From contig OY970325.1 of assembly GCA_963717145.1 (NCBI GenBank), forward strand, positions 1,952,001 to 2,016,000: a stretch of DNA of 64,000 nt, in the 5' to 3' direction. This DNA is from an uncultured Armatimonadetes bacterium. Lineage in GTDB: Bacteria > Armatimonadota > UBA5829 > DTJY01. Of the stretch, positions 32,801-42,400 are shown piece after piece (position 1 is the first letter of the stretch; every line of letters starts with the position of its first letter). The translations under genes were made by a program, and so were the position numbers. A model generated the notes under the pieces. That model had not been told where the DNA came from and did no database searches. It worked only from the letters and a program-made list of their open reading frames with translations.

Positions 32801-34209
32801 CTGAACGACAACTGAGCAGTGCCCCCGGTCCCTGCCACGGTGGCAAGAAGCGACTCGCCGGAGTCTACCACTCCATCGGCATCCGTATCGGCATATACCA
32901 GGATGCTGTCGAGTTCATCGCCGCAACTGCCACTGTTCTGTATCGTCAGACCCGTGACCAGGACCGAACCGCCATTCGTGTTGAAACAGAGTTCCTCCAC
33001 GGGCACAGTCGCGCCCGGGAGTACGAATGCGTCCGGGCTTACGTCCTTGCCGTTCACTCTCACGGTGTTCGGCGGGATCGTCACCTGGATGTCAGCGGTG
33101 ATATTGAGTCCATCGACAGCAATCGAACTCAGCCCGACCAGGGTTTCGTGGCCATTCGACAGGTCGCTGTTCGGAGTGCTCGAGGAGTTGAACACGGTTC
33201 TGCCCAGAGTCCCTGGCCAGGAATCGCTCGATTGTCCGGCCCCTCCGTCCAAGACGAGGTCCGCATTACCATCGGCCTCCTCGATGTGGATCGCATAGGG
33301 GGGAACGTCGCTTACAACATGGTAGACGACCAACCCGCTGCCGGGCAGTCCTTGATCGTACCCGGTCTTCTGGCGGTTCTCCACCAGGAAGTACTCGCCC
33401 GACGCGATACCGTTCGACGCAAGCTTGTATACCACGGGGTCGGTTCCCGCCGGCGGGATGGTCACCGAGGACAGGTTCTGAGTCGGCACTGTCGGAGTGA
33501 CCCACCCCATCTGTATCTTGCAGAAAGCGTCCATGTTGACCCCGGCGTTCGCGCCGGTTCCCATCATCGACCAGTTGCCGAAATGAGGACGCGCTGCAGG
33601 CCAGTACTCGTCGTAGAAGTCGCTCAGGCTCATCAAGTGGCCGAGTTCATGTGCAAAGAGCTGCCAGCCGTCGTCTTCATCCCCAAACGTCGCGTTAGTA
33701 ATGTGGACACCGTCGACTTGGATATCGAGAGTTACGGCAGACCGCCTTCCCGGGTCCGCCGAGCCTCCGATAATCAGGAATAACGCATCCACATATCCGT
33801 CGCTGTTGCCGTCGAAATCCGAGAAGTCAACACCATCGGCATCAGCAGCGGCGATCGCAGCCCCGAAGAGTTCCGAAACCTCGAAAGTATGGTACGGACC
33901 CTCCTCGATAATGTAATGACTCCAGGGCTCAGGCATCCGGTACCAGCCGAGCGCCTCGCCGTTGATATCCAGAGCGCCATAGGAGTTGACGTCGTAGTAA
34001 TCATGCAGAGACCCGCCGGATGGAGGCGGATCCCCATAGAGCCACGCTTGGATGCTCTCTACTGATCCGGTTGCCTGAGCGTCACTGAAATCAACGCAGA
34101 GGGTGCAGATCTTGGCCTGCCCTGTTGACGGGCAGTACACAGCCAGCCCAGGCGCAGCGGTCGCCATAATCAGGGAAAACAATATTACTGCTCTTGACAG
34201 GTGTTTCAC
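26863..34209 (-). CDS. Giant secreted M6-family (immune inhibitor A-like) metalloprotease with three FG-GAP/VCBS clusters and Ig-like domains
   Basis: Signal peptide; VDFSD, HELGHLMSLSDFYD, WSMM, EYFLVENRQKTGYD; many ADLDGDG..E repeats. Confidence 0.9.
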   Translation of the reverse strand: MKHLSRAVILFSLIMATAAPGLAVYCPSTGQAKICTLCVDFSDAQATGSVESIQAWLYGDPPPSGGSLHDYYDVNSYGALDINGEALGWYRMPEPWSHYIIEEGPYHTFEVSELFGAAIAAADADGVDFSDFDGNSDGYVDALFLIIGGSADPGRRSAVTLDIQVDGVHITNATFGDEDDGWQLFAHELGHLMSLSDFYDEYWPAARPHFGNWSMMGTGANAGVNMDAFCKIQMGWVTPTVPTQNLSSVTIPPAGTDPVVYKLASNGIASGEYFLVENRQKTGYDQGLPGSGLVVYHVVSDVPPYAIHIEEADGNADLVLDGGAGQSSDSWPGTLGRTVFNSSSTPNSDLSNGHETLVGLSSIAVDGLNITADIQVTIPPNTVRVNGKDVSPDAFVLPGATVPVEELCFNTNGGSVLVTGLTIQNSGSCGDELDSILVYADTDADGVVDSGESLLATVAGTGGTAQLSFSVSGAEESHLLLVCEGSEMADLGDQFGIRIASSSDVQVESGKSVDSAGFPIESELVTVASVTNEAGWPLMTYQGTTVLLADLDCDGVQDIVYSARSGVDCWTLRAKNSQMEDLPGWVQIGTFCDGSVSQLAAGDLNGDARPEVVAATSEGSIYAWTHYGRAVAGWPQHLPLSGLCTGLVLADLDGDGVDEILVGSDQGAMVAYRADGKLLWQADTDSTSPGVAVVGDIEGNGTMSVIACAGSNVYAWDQDGALINTSWPVDLGGPCGIPILVDVDSDGALEAVVSWTFGITALKANATPPSGSDWPVSTGYGPTHGMAVGNVRDSDLPEIVLSKMSGIRTFALDGTEHQPISSASTLGAPSIVDLDDDGCGEILFTAPYDQVLHAKKANGLEPPGWPLPLGESSGGTAPSIADIDGDGYLEVLMSDESKINCWEIHESYTDDALMWPVFQQNARKSGVGPEMTGPGVMNAYHSDATHVQLWFTERLDPTTSEISTNYQLDNGATVSSAVAVERPDRTEVTLTTSSLTSDLTYTVTMSGITDLAGNPVAQDTCSFNTDALTLLGCCSSASGYADVLFSRPVNTQSGTYERDSNPLPWSSLLNFGNETVVSVQWLIPGNTLEVSDVVGLAGGAIDPDPSTVLVSSRPSVSLVLWVDDTHIDVVFSGEVDEDSALDAANYYINAGIDVLSASVFSQDPLTIRLTTDEQTPDTEYTLGATGVTNDLGITAIGSNALGSFVATPRPATWIDIEQQMIRLHADGTETMILSAILLDEYDRVAEAATNPVTFTLSEGASLCTFEGSNPATPTDGQVEITLRAGSVPGQVEVTAESTGLTSDTISGYVMAAVQNGWPVVVSDEKVYSSPAIADLDDDGVFEAIICTGEGQVLKVSADGTATEIADLGVPLNHAPAVGDLDADDAPEIVVSGPELLYALRADGSTMFTAGGNEATSPLTVPVLGDIDGDDLLEVVVGTMYGVCAFNSNGSVATGWPKSMTEKVECTPALGDIDGDDHLEVVAGDVSGAICVWNGDGSILSTWPTDPNFQDRLLRLGLGAYLAGPALVDLDNDGKTEIVLGTTKWGLGGHFIALNEDGSYVSGWPLNPATDILASPAIGDVDGNGAVDIVFVGMNGRVYSITASGALTSGWTVPDMGTVTPYDYSARQSSPILADFDGDSLLEVLVGCEDGKLYAFDSNGSLISGWPKATGGPIKSTPAVGNLDGDGLWEVVVGSNDGGLYRWEIGGNTAYNPADLFPWTTFHGNNERTGFFDHNFSTLATSVTVSDTWTHEDEEVTLSAVLKRTDCNAPLANKTLVFKVEGTTVGSSSTDESGVAEVNYTPTETGTFTVTVEFAGTGKYSASSDTGGLTSVTADVLQLTDGVTGCTTLADLDGDGQDETIVGSEDGVLHAFEADGSELSGWPKTLAGAINDAASVGDIDADGQLEVVAVGDGTAYAFESDGTLMSGWPTSHDDGVYYSSPALGDLNNDGTLEIVLGSGYMAVAAYEYDGTMLTGWPQNAGDPVYGTPALGDIDGDGTLEVVAGDSAGFLWVWEADGTPLETWPEFEYGLQLGAITSSPALANVNNDGKLEIVVTTHRYGGGGQSAVAVLDRYGQYLSGWPHLKNTGIQSSPAIGDIDCNGALDIVYVIDNGYVVSRSPAGSLTSGWYPVPNLGASVPQDYTYRSSSPVLADIDGDDALEVIVGSYDGKVHAFNNDATVLSGWPKTVTGPVRSTAAVGNMDGDGYWDIVAATDNGRVYRWEVAGDTSGKPANLFPWPTFHGDNQRSGNFRILGRDSFTRSLWDTWGTADLGGPWSSLNFLTGDPWNQTVCLYVSNDRACVEPGFGGMTAGTSLLTQRAIDMDATVELETADFGGTAALIVRASSYNTFYAVTWSVTDAECRLERYESGVRTVLDSEDVEQSSSQAVLRIKVEGDTIKAKHWGFGTNEPATWSLVATDTSPLPAGRAGVWMSNQEMLYLYDDFYAECLAR

Positions 34210-34565
34210 TGTTCAACCTCCTCGCCATACCGAAACGTAGTAGTGGGGTCTGCCCGCGGTGTTTGCCATCCGTGGCCATCGCAGTTGAGGTGGCCCGGGG
34301 ACGGAGCAGCCAAATCTCCGAAGATGAAAAGGGCTTCGGCCAGGGACGATGAGTAGGTGTCTCTGCGCGAGATCGAGATATCGGTCCCACACATCGACGG
34401 CCAGACGAGCTTGATCTGAGGGGGTGAGGACTGAATCTGGGCCGTCGGCCCGTGCGCAAATGGAGACTGCCCGAGCGCCGGCTTCTGGGGCGTGACGGTA
34501 CAGAGAAGGCCGATCAACACAACTAACCACAACGCTGGTGTTACTTTGTAGCTGTACTTACGCAT
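34206..34565 (-). CDS. Small secreted hypothetical protein
   Basis: AGGAGGAG RBS, signal peptide-like N-terminus, GTGA overlap with the protease start. Confidence 0.55.
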   Translation of the reverse strand: MRKYSYKVTPALWLVVLIGLLCTVTPQKPALGQSPFAHGPTAQIQSSPPQIKLVWPSMCGTDISISRRDTYSSSLAEALFIFGDLAAPSPGHLNCDGHGWQTPRADPTTTFRYGEEVEQ

Positions 34566-35332
34566 GACTGTTCTCCTCCTGAGTTGGTCTTAAGTCCTAC
34601 TACTTGCCATGCCAGCTTGTACTGCACGTGCCTCCTTTCCGACCAGGAGTCTCAGACTACATCGAGGATACTGGCCGGTCCGAACCTGCATTGCCAAGCC
34701 GAGATTCCCCGCATATCCCGATGATCGCTATCACTACTGGCAGGGAGATAACGCATCTGGATAGTCTCATTTTTTCAGTTCCTTGAAAAGCTCTGATGTT
34801 ACCTTACTATATTTCGTCTTGCGAATTCCTCGCCACTCCTTTCTTCGCCGAACGCATCGCCCGTCAGCCGTCCGCATCGGTACGCGGTTGCCTCTCCGGG
34901 GTGCAAGGGCACACGGACACGTTCCAATGCTTGGCGAACCATTCTCGCCACGTACCTCCATTCGACGAGCGGGCGTTCATTCCTTCCCCGAGCAGCGACA
35001 AATGATCTACTAACTACAATCTGAACGCCTTGCACTGCTAGACGACGTGCGTCTGCTATAGACGGAAGGCCTCGGACTGCCAGTCTTAGGGCACTTGTTG
35101 GAAGCGGAGGGCACGGGCTGCTGGACTGAGCCTGATCTTACGCTTCCTTGATCCCTGGTGACATTTCCCTCAGAGGCGCGGGTTCATGGCGGTCCGACAC
35201 TTGCCCGCCCTGATGTCACGTCATTGCATCAACCGGCACTTCTCTCTAAGTCCTGTGGCCTCAGACCGACTCTGAATGTCGGCAACCATTTCAAGGGGCG
35301 ACAGGCGCACGATAACCTGGTAATAATACCGG

Positions 35333-35366
35333 GTGACTTGGCAGGCAACCTGTGATATAATACAGG
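35333..35366 (+). promoter_or_regulatory. Candidate sigma70 promoter with extended -10 inside a short inverted repeat
   Basis: GTGACT (35333-38), 17 bp spacer, TATAAT (35356-61) preceded by TGn; CCTGT/ACAGG arms at 35349-35366. Confidence 0.5.
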
Positions 35367-35621
35367 CGCAATCTTCGTGTCAATCCCGTCCGATGTGGTA
35401 GCTATGAACCGCCGTTCTGGCAATACCCTGGTCACCCGAACGGCGCGGAGCTAGTGGTGACACCGACCGCGGCCGGGGAGGTTTGTCGGTGACATCCAGA
35501 GGCTCATTGCATCCGCTGGCACACGTGGTGACTGTGGGGAGCAGCGGGACATGGTGCTCTGTGCGACGGGACGTAGCTCGGTAAGCCGTTACGGAACCTG
35601 TAAGTCAGTCTCTTTTGGCAG

Positions 35622-36416
35622 ATGAGGCCCGTGATAATGGAACCGTATCTTAACGCGCTGGGGCTGTTTACGCTGCTGAATCTGGCCTGGTGGACAACGC
35701 TGTACCTGATCACGAGGCTACGAACTACAGCACAGTCACATAAACCGCTCATCTTCGGAAACTTCGTCGTGACGTTTCTGTTGGGCGTTGCTTCCTCATA
35801 CGTTGCCGGCATCTTCCCTTCTCCCACAGCCTTCCACAACCTGCCCCCGTCAGACCTGATTGCGTCGTTCGCGAAACAGACAGACACGGATGTCAATGCC
35901 TACGGCATCCCCTGGGATGGATTTGACGACCAGCGGATTACGGGGCATTCCAAAGTGTGGTGGAACAACGAGAAACCGTCTGAGTTGTCCCGCACTTGCT
36001 GCAGACTCCATGTCACGCTCGACAATCCGGACGAGAGTCGGCGGCCATACGCAGGAATGTACTCCAACTTCTTCAACCCACCTAACCAGAGCTATGATTT
36101 CAGCAAATATTTGGGTCTAAGCATAAACTGCAAAGTGGAAGGGAACGAGGTTGTTTACTATATGCAGGTAGCTACCATGAATATCCATGATGATGCCTAT
36201 TATGAGTTAGAAATCCCATATAGCCAAAACGATAAGGGCTTTACGACATGTCAGCTTCGTTTTGTGGATTTCGCCCAGCCGTCGATAGAGCGTCTGCAAG
36301 CAGACTTTGAGTTGCAGCAATCGTTCAGGATCGCTGTCTTGGCGCGCCCCAGAAACAATGATGGCAAAGTGCACACAGGCGTGATATGGATCGACAGCAT
36401 TCAGCTATTTCGGTGA
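35622..36416 (+). CDS. Membrane-anchored protein with CIA30/CBM11-like domain
   Basis: Two N-terminal hydrophobic helices; YAGMY...YDFSKYLGLS...F.DFAQP...GVIWIDSIQL. Confidence 0.65.
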   Translation: MRPVIMEPYLNALGLFTLLNLAWWTTLYLITRLRTTAQSHKPLIFGNFVVTFLLGVASSYVAGIFPSPTAFHNLPPSDLIASFAKQTDTDVNAYGIPWDGFDDQRITGHSKVWWNNEKPSELSRTCCRLHVTLDNPDESRRPYAGMYSNFFNPPNQSYDFSKYLGLSINCKVEGNEVVYYMQVATMNIHDDAYYELEIPYSQNDKGFTTCQLRFVDFAQPSIERLQADFELQQSFRIAVLARPRNNDGKVHTGVIWIDSIQLFR

Positions 36417-36476
36417 AACCATGAGCCTATATTCACCACTGGATAACATGAACCGATCACATGACGAGGAGGCATC

Positions 36477-39400
36477 ATGAGTACCAATGCGCGCACGGCG
36501 CGGTTATGCGCAATATGTTTGGGCCTATTGTTATTCGCTTCGGCAGCCCACGCGATTCCTGGAGACGCTGATGGCAATGGCGTGGTGAATATCGAGGATG
36601 CCAGGTGTATTGCTCGCTTCCTGGTCAACCAGATACCCGCGATTCCTCGCCCGGTGGACGCTGATGTGACCCAGGACGGCAAGGTGGACATCGAGGACGC
36701 ATTCGTCATAGCGAAACGAGTGAACGGGCAGTCTCTGATCGTGCTGGTTGCCGCTCCGATATATGGACGGGAGAGCGTGCTGCCGATTGGCGATATCGTC
36801 CGTGTCCGCGTTTTCGAACACTTCGCTCCATTCAACATCACTGGCGGAACCGTCCGCATTCGTTCAGCAAGCAAGGGCTATGACTCGGGCGATCAACACC
36901 TGACATTCGAGCGTGACGGACGTTCGCTCTACTACGATTGGCCGACCGGAGGGCTCGCACCATCTTCGGACTATGAAGTGAGCGTGGCACTGACCAACCC
37001 GGTGGGACTGGTGATGAAGGCAAGCGGAGCAGCATATGCCCCTGCCGCGAGTAGTCAGCCGGCTGCCACAGCCACACTCACCAATCGCGTCTTCGAACCG
37101 AAGTTCGTAGCGGCGAGCGTCGATGCCTCATGCCCGGCACCTGGGATTCCTCTTGAGTTCAGGCGGGTAGCGCCGAATGACCACGCTCATTACCCGTACC
37201 TCGGGCCTCTGGGAAGAGGTTGGAACCACAACTACGATATCAGCCTCGAGGAGTTCACCAACGGGAAGATCGCGTTCCACGGTCCTGAGGGGTTCAATCG
37301 GTTCTTCCAGAGCAATGCCGACGGCACCTACTCACCAACCCCGGGCGACTATGCGACCCTCACGCGGGATCCGAGCGGTGTGTATCAGCTCAAGGAGAGG
37401 GACGGTTTCATCTATTGCTTCAGACCCGACCTGAAGTTCAACTACGAACAGGACCTGAACGGCAACCGGATCAGCGGAGTGTATGATGGCTCTGGTCGGT
37501 CGGTGGAGATCAGGCATTCCTGCGGGAAGTCGCTGCATCTGGAGTACAACTCGCGGGGACGCATATCGAAGCTGACCGACCACATAGGCCGGGCAGTAAC
37601 CTTTGAATATGATACTACAGGCCAGATGCTGCTCAGGGCTACGGATCCTGCGGGAGGCGTTACCGAGTACGCTTACGTGACCCCGCAGATCTACTGCTAT
37701 GCGCTTGGGATTGTGCCCGTGGGCGGTGGCAGCAATTGCGTGAGCGCTAACCAGGCCTTGGACTACCGAATACTGACCGTGAAATACCCGGACGGCACAT
37801 TCACCCAGTATCAGTATGATACGGAAGCGCGTCTCACCAGACAGACCGGCACTTGGGGCGCTAACCCGACAAACTACAGTTACGATGCCGACGGGACCAC
37901 GCACGTGACGGACAGCGTGGGGGCACAAGTCACTCTCAGAGTCAATGACAACGGGCAGCCGCTCTCAGTAGTCGATCCGGGCGGATCGCAGACTGAGATA
38001 GACTATAATGCAGCGGGCAACCTGATCGGCGAGACTGATCCGCTTGGCCGCCTCACCCAGCTGGACTATGACTCCTCCGGCAACGTGACCAGCGTCACCA
38101 ATGCGCTCAATGAGACCGTTCAGTACGGCTACGACCTCCGTTTCAACAAGCCGTCTTACGTCACCGATCCACTTGGGCGCGAGACCAAGTTCGACTACGA
38201 CACCTATGGGCAGTTGATTGCGGCGACCTATCAGGACGGATCCGTGGAAAGTTATGCGTACGACGCTCAGGGGAATCTCGTTTCAGTCACGGACGCGGAG
38301 GGCAGAGTCACTCAGCACACTTACAGCGCTCAGGCCCTGCTGACATCGACCACCAACGCGCTGGGCAACGCCACGGCCTTTGCGTACAACGCCTTCGGCG
38401 ATCTCACAAGCGTGACGGATGCGAAGAGCCACGCGGTCGCTTTGACCAGGGATACCCTAGGCAGGCTCACGCGGCGCACTTACCCCGACGGGTCGCATGA
38501 GGACTATGAGTATGACACCGGGGGCAAGGTAAGGGCGTTCGCGAACAGGCGCGGCGAGCGGACGACGTTCGCGTACGATGCCGCAGGACGGCTGACCGAG
38601 AAGACGTACGCCTCCGGGAAAGCAGTGCACTATCAGTATGATCCGAGGGGGCTGCTGTCTCGCGTGGAAACGATATCCGGCGGAGTGACTTCCTTTGGTG
38701 CGTATTATGAGTACGATCTCGAGCGCCGGACGACCGTCGCCAAGTCCCCGGGCAAGAACTCGATGGAGACCTATGACGTCGCGTACGCCTACGATGCCGC
38801 CGGCAACCGGAAAGCAATGGTCTATCCCGACGGGTATCTGATCAACTATGAGTACGATGCGGCAAACCGGCTCAAACGGATCTCCGATTCCGTGAACAAG
38901 ACCATTGTCGCCTATGATTATGACGCCGCGGGCCGCCGAACGAAGAGGACGCTGGGGAATGGAACCTATGCGACCTACGAGTATGACACCATGGACCGGC
39001 TGACCACGCTGGTCAACTACTCTCCATCCGGCGCGGTGCAATCTCACTTCCAGTACACGCACAACAAGGCGGGCATCCGCACGTCGATGACCACGCTGGA
39101 GGGAACGCACTCTTACACATATGACAATGCTTACCAGCTCACAGGAGTTCAGTATCCCGCTGGCAGGACCGTTACTTACTCGTTCGACAAGGCCGGCAAC
39201 CGGGCAAGCGTAAATGACAATGGAGTGCCCACGACCTACGCGACCAACGCACTCGACCAGTACACCAGCGCGGGTGCGGAAACCTTCACATACGACGCCG
39301 ACGGCAACCTGGCGTCCAGCACGAAGAGCGGCTCGACTGTGAGCTACGGTTGGGACGAAGACGACCGCCTGGTGAGCGTGAGCCGGAACGGTGTTCAGAT

Positions 39401-42400
39401 CAGCTATCGTTATGACAGCCGGGGGCGACTTGTCTCGAAGACCATCGGCGGGCTGGAGACGCGCTATGTGTGGGACGGCGTCGACCTGATCGCCGAGATG
39501 AACTCCGCTGGTCAGTTGACGAAGCGATTCGTCTACGGTGCCGCGATCGATGAGATTGCCCTGGTCAGCGCAGACAGCGCGAGCTACTGGTGCCAGCAGG
39601 ATGGGCTCGGGAGCGTGATCGGTACCACGAATGGCGCGGGTTCCGTTGTCGCTACGTGCTCATACGATGTTTACGGCAACGTTCGAAGTGGAGACCTCGC
39701 GGCAGTGCCGCAAAGATTCGCGGGGATGCGGTGGGACGCGAATGCTGGCTTATACTATGTAAGGTCGAGGTGGTACAGCCCGGGAACCGGGCGGTTTGTC
39801 TCGGTTGATCCGCTGGACGGTCAGAACACAAGTAACTGCTATGCGTACTCGCGTAACAGCCCGCTCTCCTGCACGGATCCCTCGGGACTGAGAACACTTC
39901 AGTCGCAGTTCTCTCAGTTCGGTACTGGTGTCTTGCAGGTTATCGGCGGAGGCATCACGGCAGGCGTTGGCATAGCTGGAACGGCAGGCACGGCTGGGGC
40001 GTCTCTCTTCCTCACAGTCACTGGTGCGTACACGCTAGGGAGCGGGATGATGAACATAGTCAACTCATTCTCGAGTGTGGACAATTCGGCGCTGATAACA
40101 GGAGGGATATTCAGTTCGGTGTCACTGTTCAGCAACAACAAGGATGTTCATACCTGGGGAAAGATCGCCGACTACGGTCAATCGCTGCTCTCTCCATCTC
40201 TTGATAAGATTCTGTATAAGGTGCCCAATTGGCTCGCGGATCTTCCGGACATTGTCGGTGCGTTCGAAGATACTTGGGACAGTCTGGTTGACATAGGCAA
40301 GTCACTCAACGACGGTGGAAGTGGCACCATCCACCGTGCTATTGGGCCTGATAACGGCTTCGGGGGAGGCTATGGTGGAGGGGGCGGTGGAACGTGCCCA
40401 ACCTTCGTCCAGGGCGGCAACCAACGCCGGGCTTCCGAGAGCAACATTGCCGGACTATCCGGTCGAATAGAAGCCCCCTGGCCCGGCTCGCTGCTTCGGT
40501 CCGACATTCCTATCTACGGCATCGCTGCAGGAAGCGACTTCAAGAGCTACCGTGTCGAATACGGCGAAGGGACAAGTCCATCTCAGTGGCATTTGATAGC
40601 GGAGTCCGACAAGCTCCAGGAGAAGTGCCCGAGCTTCAAGGACATCTCCTGGATGCAGGGCGACCTTAACCTTGCCGGCAACCTGGCGACCTGGAACACC
40701 GGGCTCAAGAACTGGGAGCATCTGCCCTGGCATCCGGCCGAGGACGCCATCGACCTCAACGGCGTGTATACCATCCGCCTGGTCGTGACCGGGAAGGACG
40801 GCAAAGAGGTCGAGGACAAGATCACTTGCGAGGTTGGCCGGGCCATCGCCCAGTGCCTGCCCGGAATCGCGGTCAGCCCCGACAGACGCGTGACAATGCG
40901 CTTCCCGGAGCAGTCGCTCACTCATCCGTTCAGAGTGTATACCATCCTGCCGCTATCGGATGCCGGAGAGGACATGCCCGCGAAGCCCAAGGGCTTTGAG
41001 TTGGTCGGTCCGGCATATCGAGTGAGGGAGCCTGGGGACAAGTTCATCAAGGATGTTTCCCTGGAGTTCACGCCGAAAGCCGATGAGCTCTCCGGCAGAG
41101 ACGTGAAGCGCGTGGGCATGTGCCGCTATGACACCGCAAAGAAGGAATGGGTGTGGCTTGAGACCACTCGTGAGAACGGAGCATTCCTTGTAAGACTTTC
41201 AGAGCTTCCATCGCCGAGGGCGATCTACGCACTTGCATTCGACCCGAATGCTGAACGCTCTTCGCCCGCGAAGCCCGCTCAGCCGCCAGCCACGGTAGCT
41301 TCCGCAAAGCCCGGAGTCTTCGTCGATGACACATTCGAGCAGGACATGGGTTCCTTCAAGGCGCGCGACAGACTCGTTGGCGCAACACTGGCCAGGGACA
41401 ACACCGCAAGACGAGACGGCTCCTACTGTCTCAAGCTGGAGAATGAGAATCAAGGCGGCAACTTCTCCTGCACTGTTGTGGATACTCCATTTGACATCAA
41501 GGAGTATCCGCTCCTTTCATTCGACTACCGCGTCAGACCGGATGTCAAAGCTGATCTTTACCTCAAAGCCAACGGGCGCTGGTATAACGTGGGGTTCACC
41601 GATGATCCCGTCGACTATCGGCACAAGGATGTCAACATCGCAAACCTGGGGGTGATTCAGGGAGTGACCGCCGACGACAACTGGCACACCGCCAAGGTCG
41701 ATCTGAGGATGCTCTCCCAACAGACCCGTCAGACCCGAATAGACGAGATCATGGTGGCCGACTGGGACCTGGGCGGGTACATGTCGCTTGCATTCGGCAA
41801 CAACGCCCGTGGGTCCGTGCTCTACCTCGATAACATCAAGATCAGCGGCCCCACAAAGACTGCAAATAGTCCCGACGTGATTGCGGTCGACGATTTCGAT
41901 GGATCTACTACCCTGAACTCACTTGGTGGGGCGAGCGGCACCTACTCCAACCCCGGCTGCGAATACGTCAAGGCTGTAGTCGATCCCAAGTCCGGCAATA
42001 TCGGCTCGGAAAAGGGCAACCGATCGATTCGCCTGTCCTTCGATGTCACGAATCCTGATGCATATGCCGGTTACTGGACCTCCATCGACAAACTGGACCT
42101 GTCTGACTACTCGACACTGCGATTCAGGATGAGATCGGATGACAAGGACGCACCTCAGATCATTGCGGGGATACGGACTAAGAGTGGAGTAGAGGGCCGC
42201 GCACCGGTGGCGGGCTACATGTCCGCACAGAGTCAGGATGGCTGGTACGATGTGGGAGTCCCACTATCCGCAATGCGTGGGCTGTTCACTGGCCCGGATC
42301 TGGTGTCTCCTGACATTCTGTTCCTTGCCGCCAGCAACAAGGAAGGCAGTGGCAAGGGAGCAGTTCGGGTCGATGATGTCACGTTCGACCGTTCTTCTCA

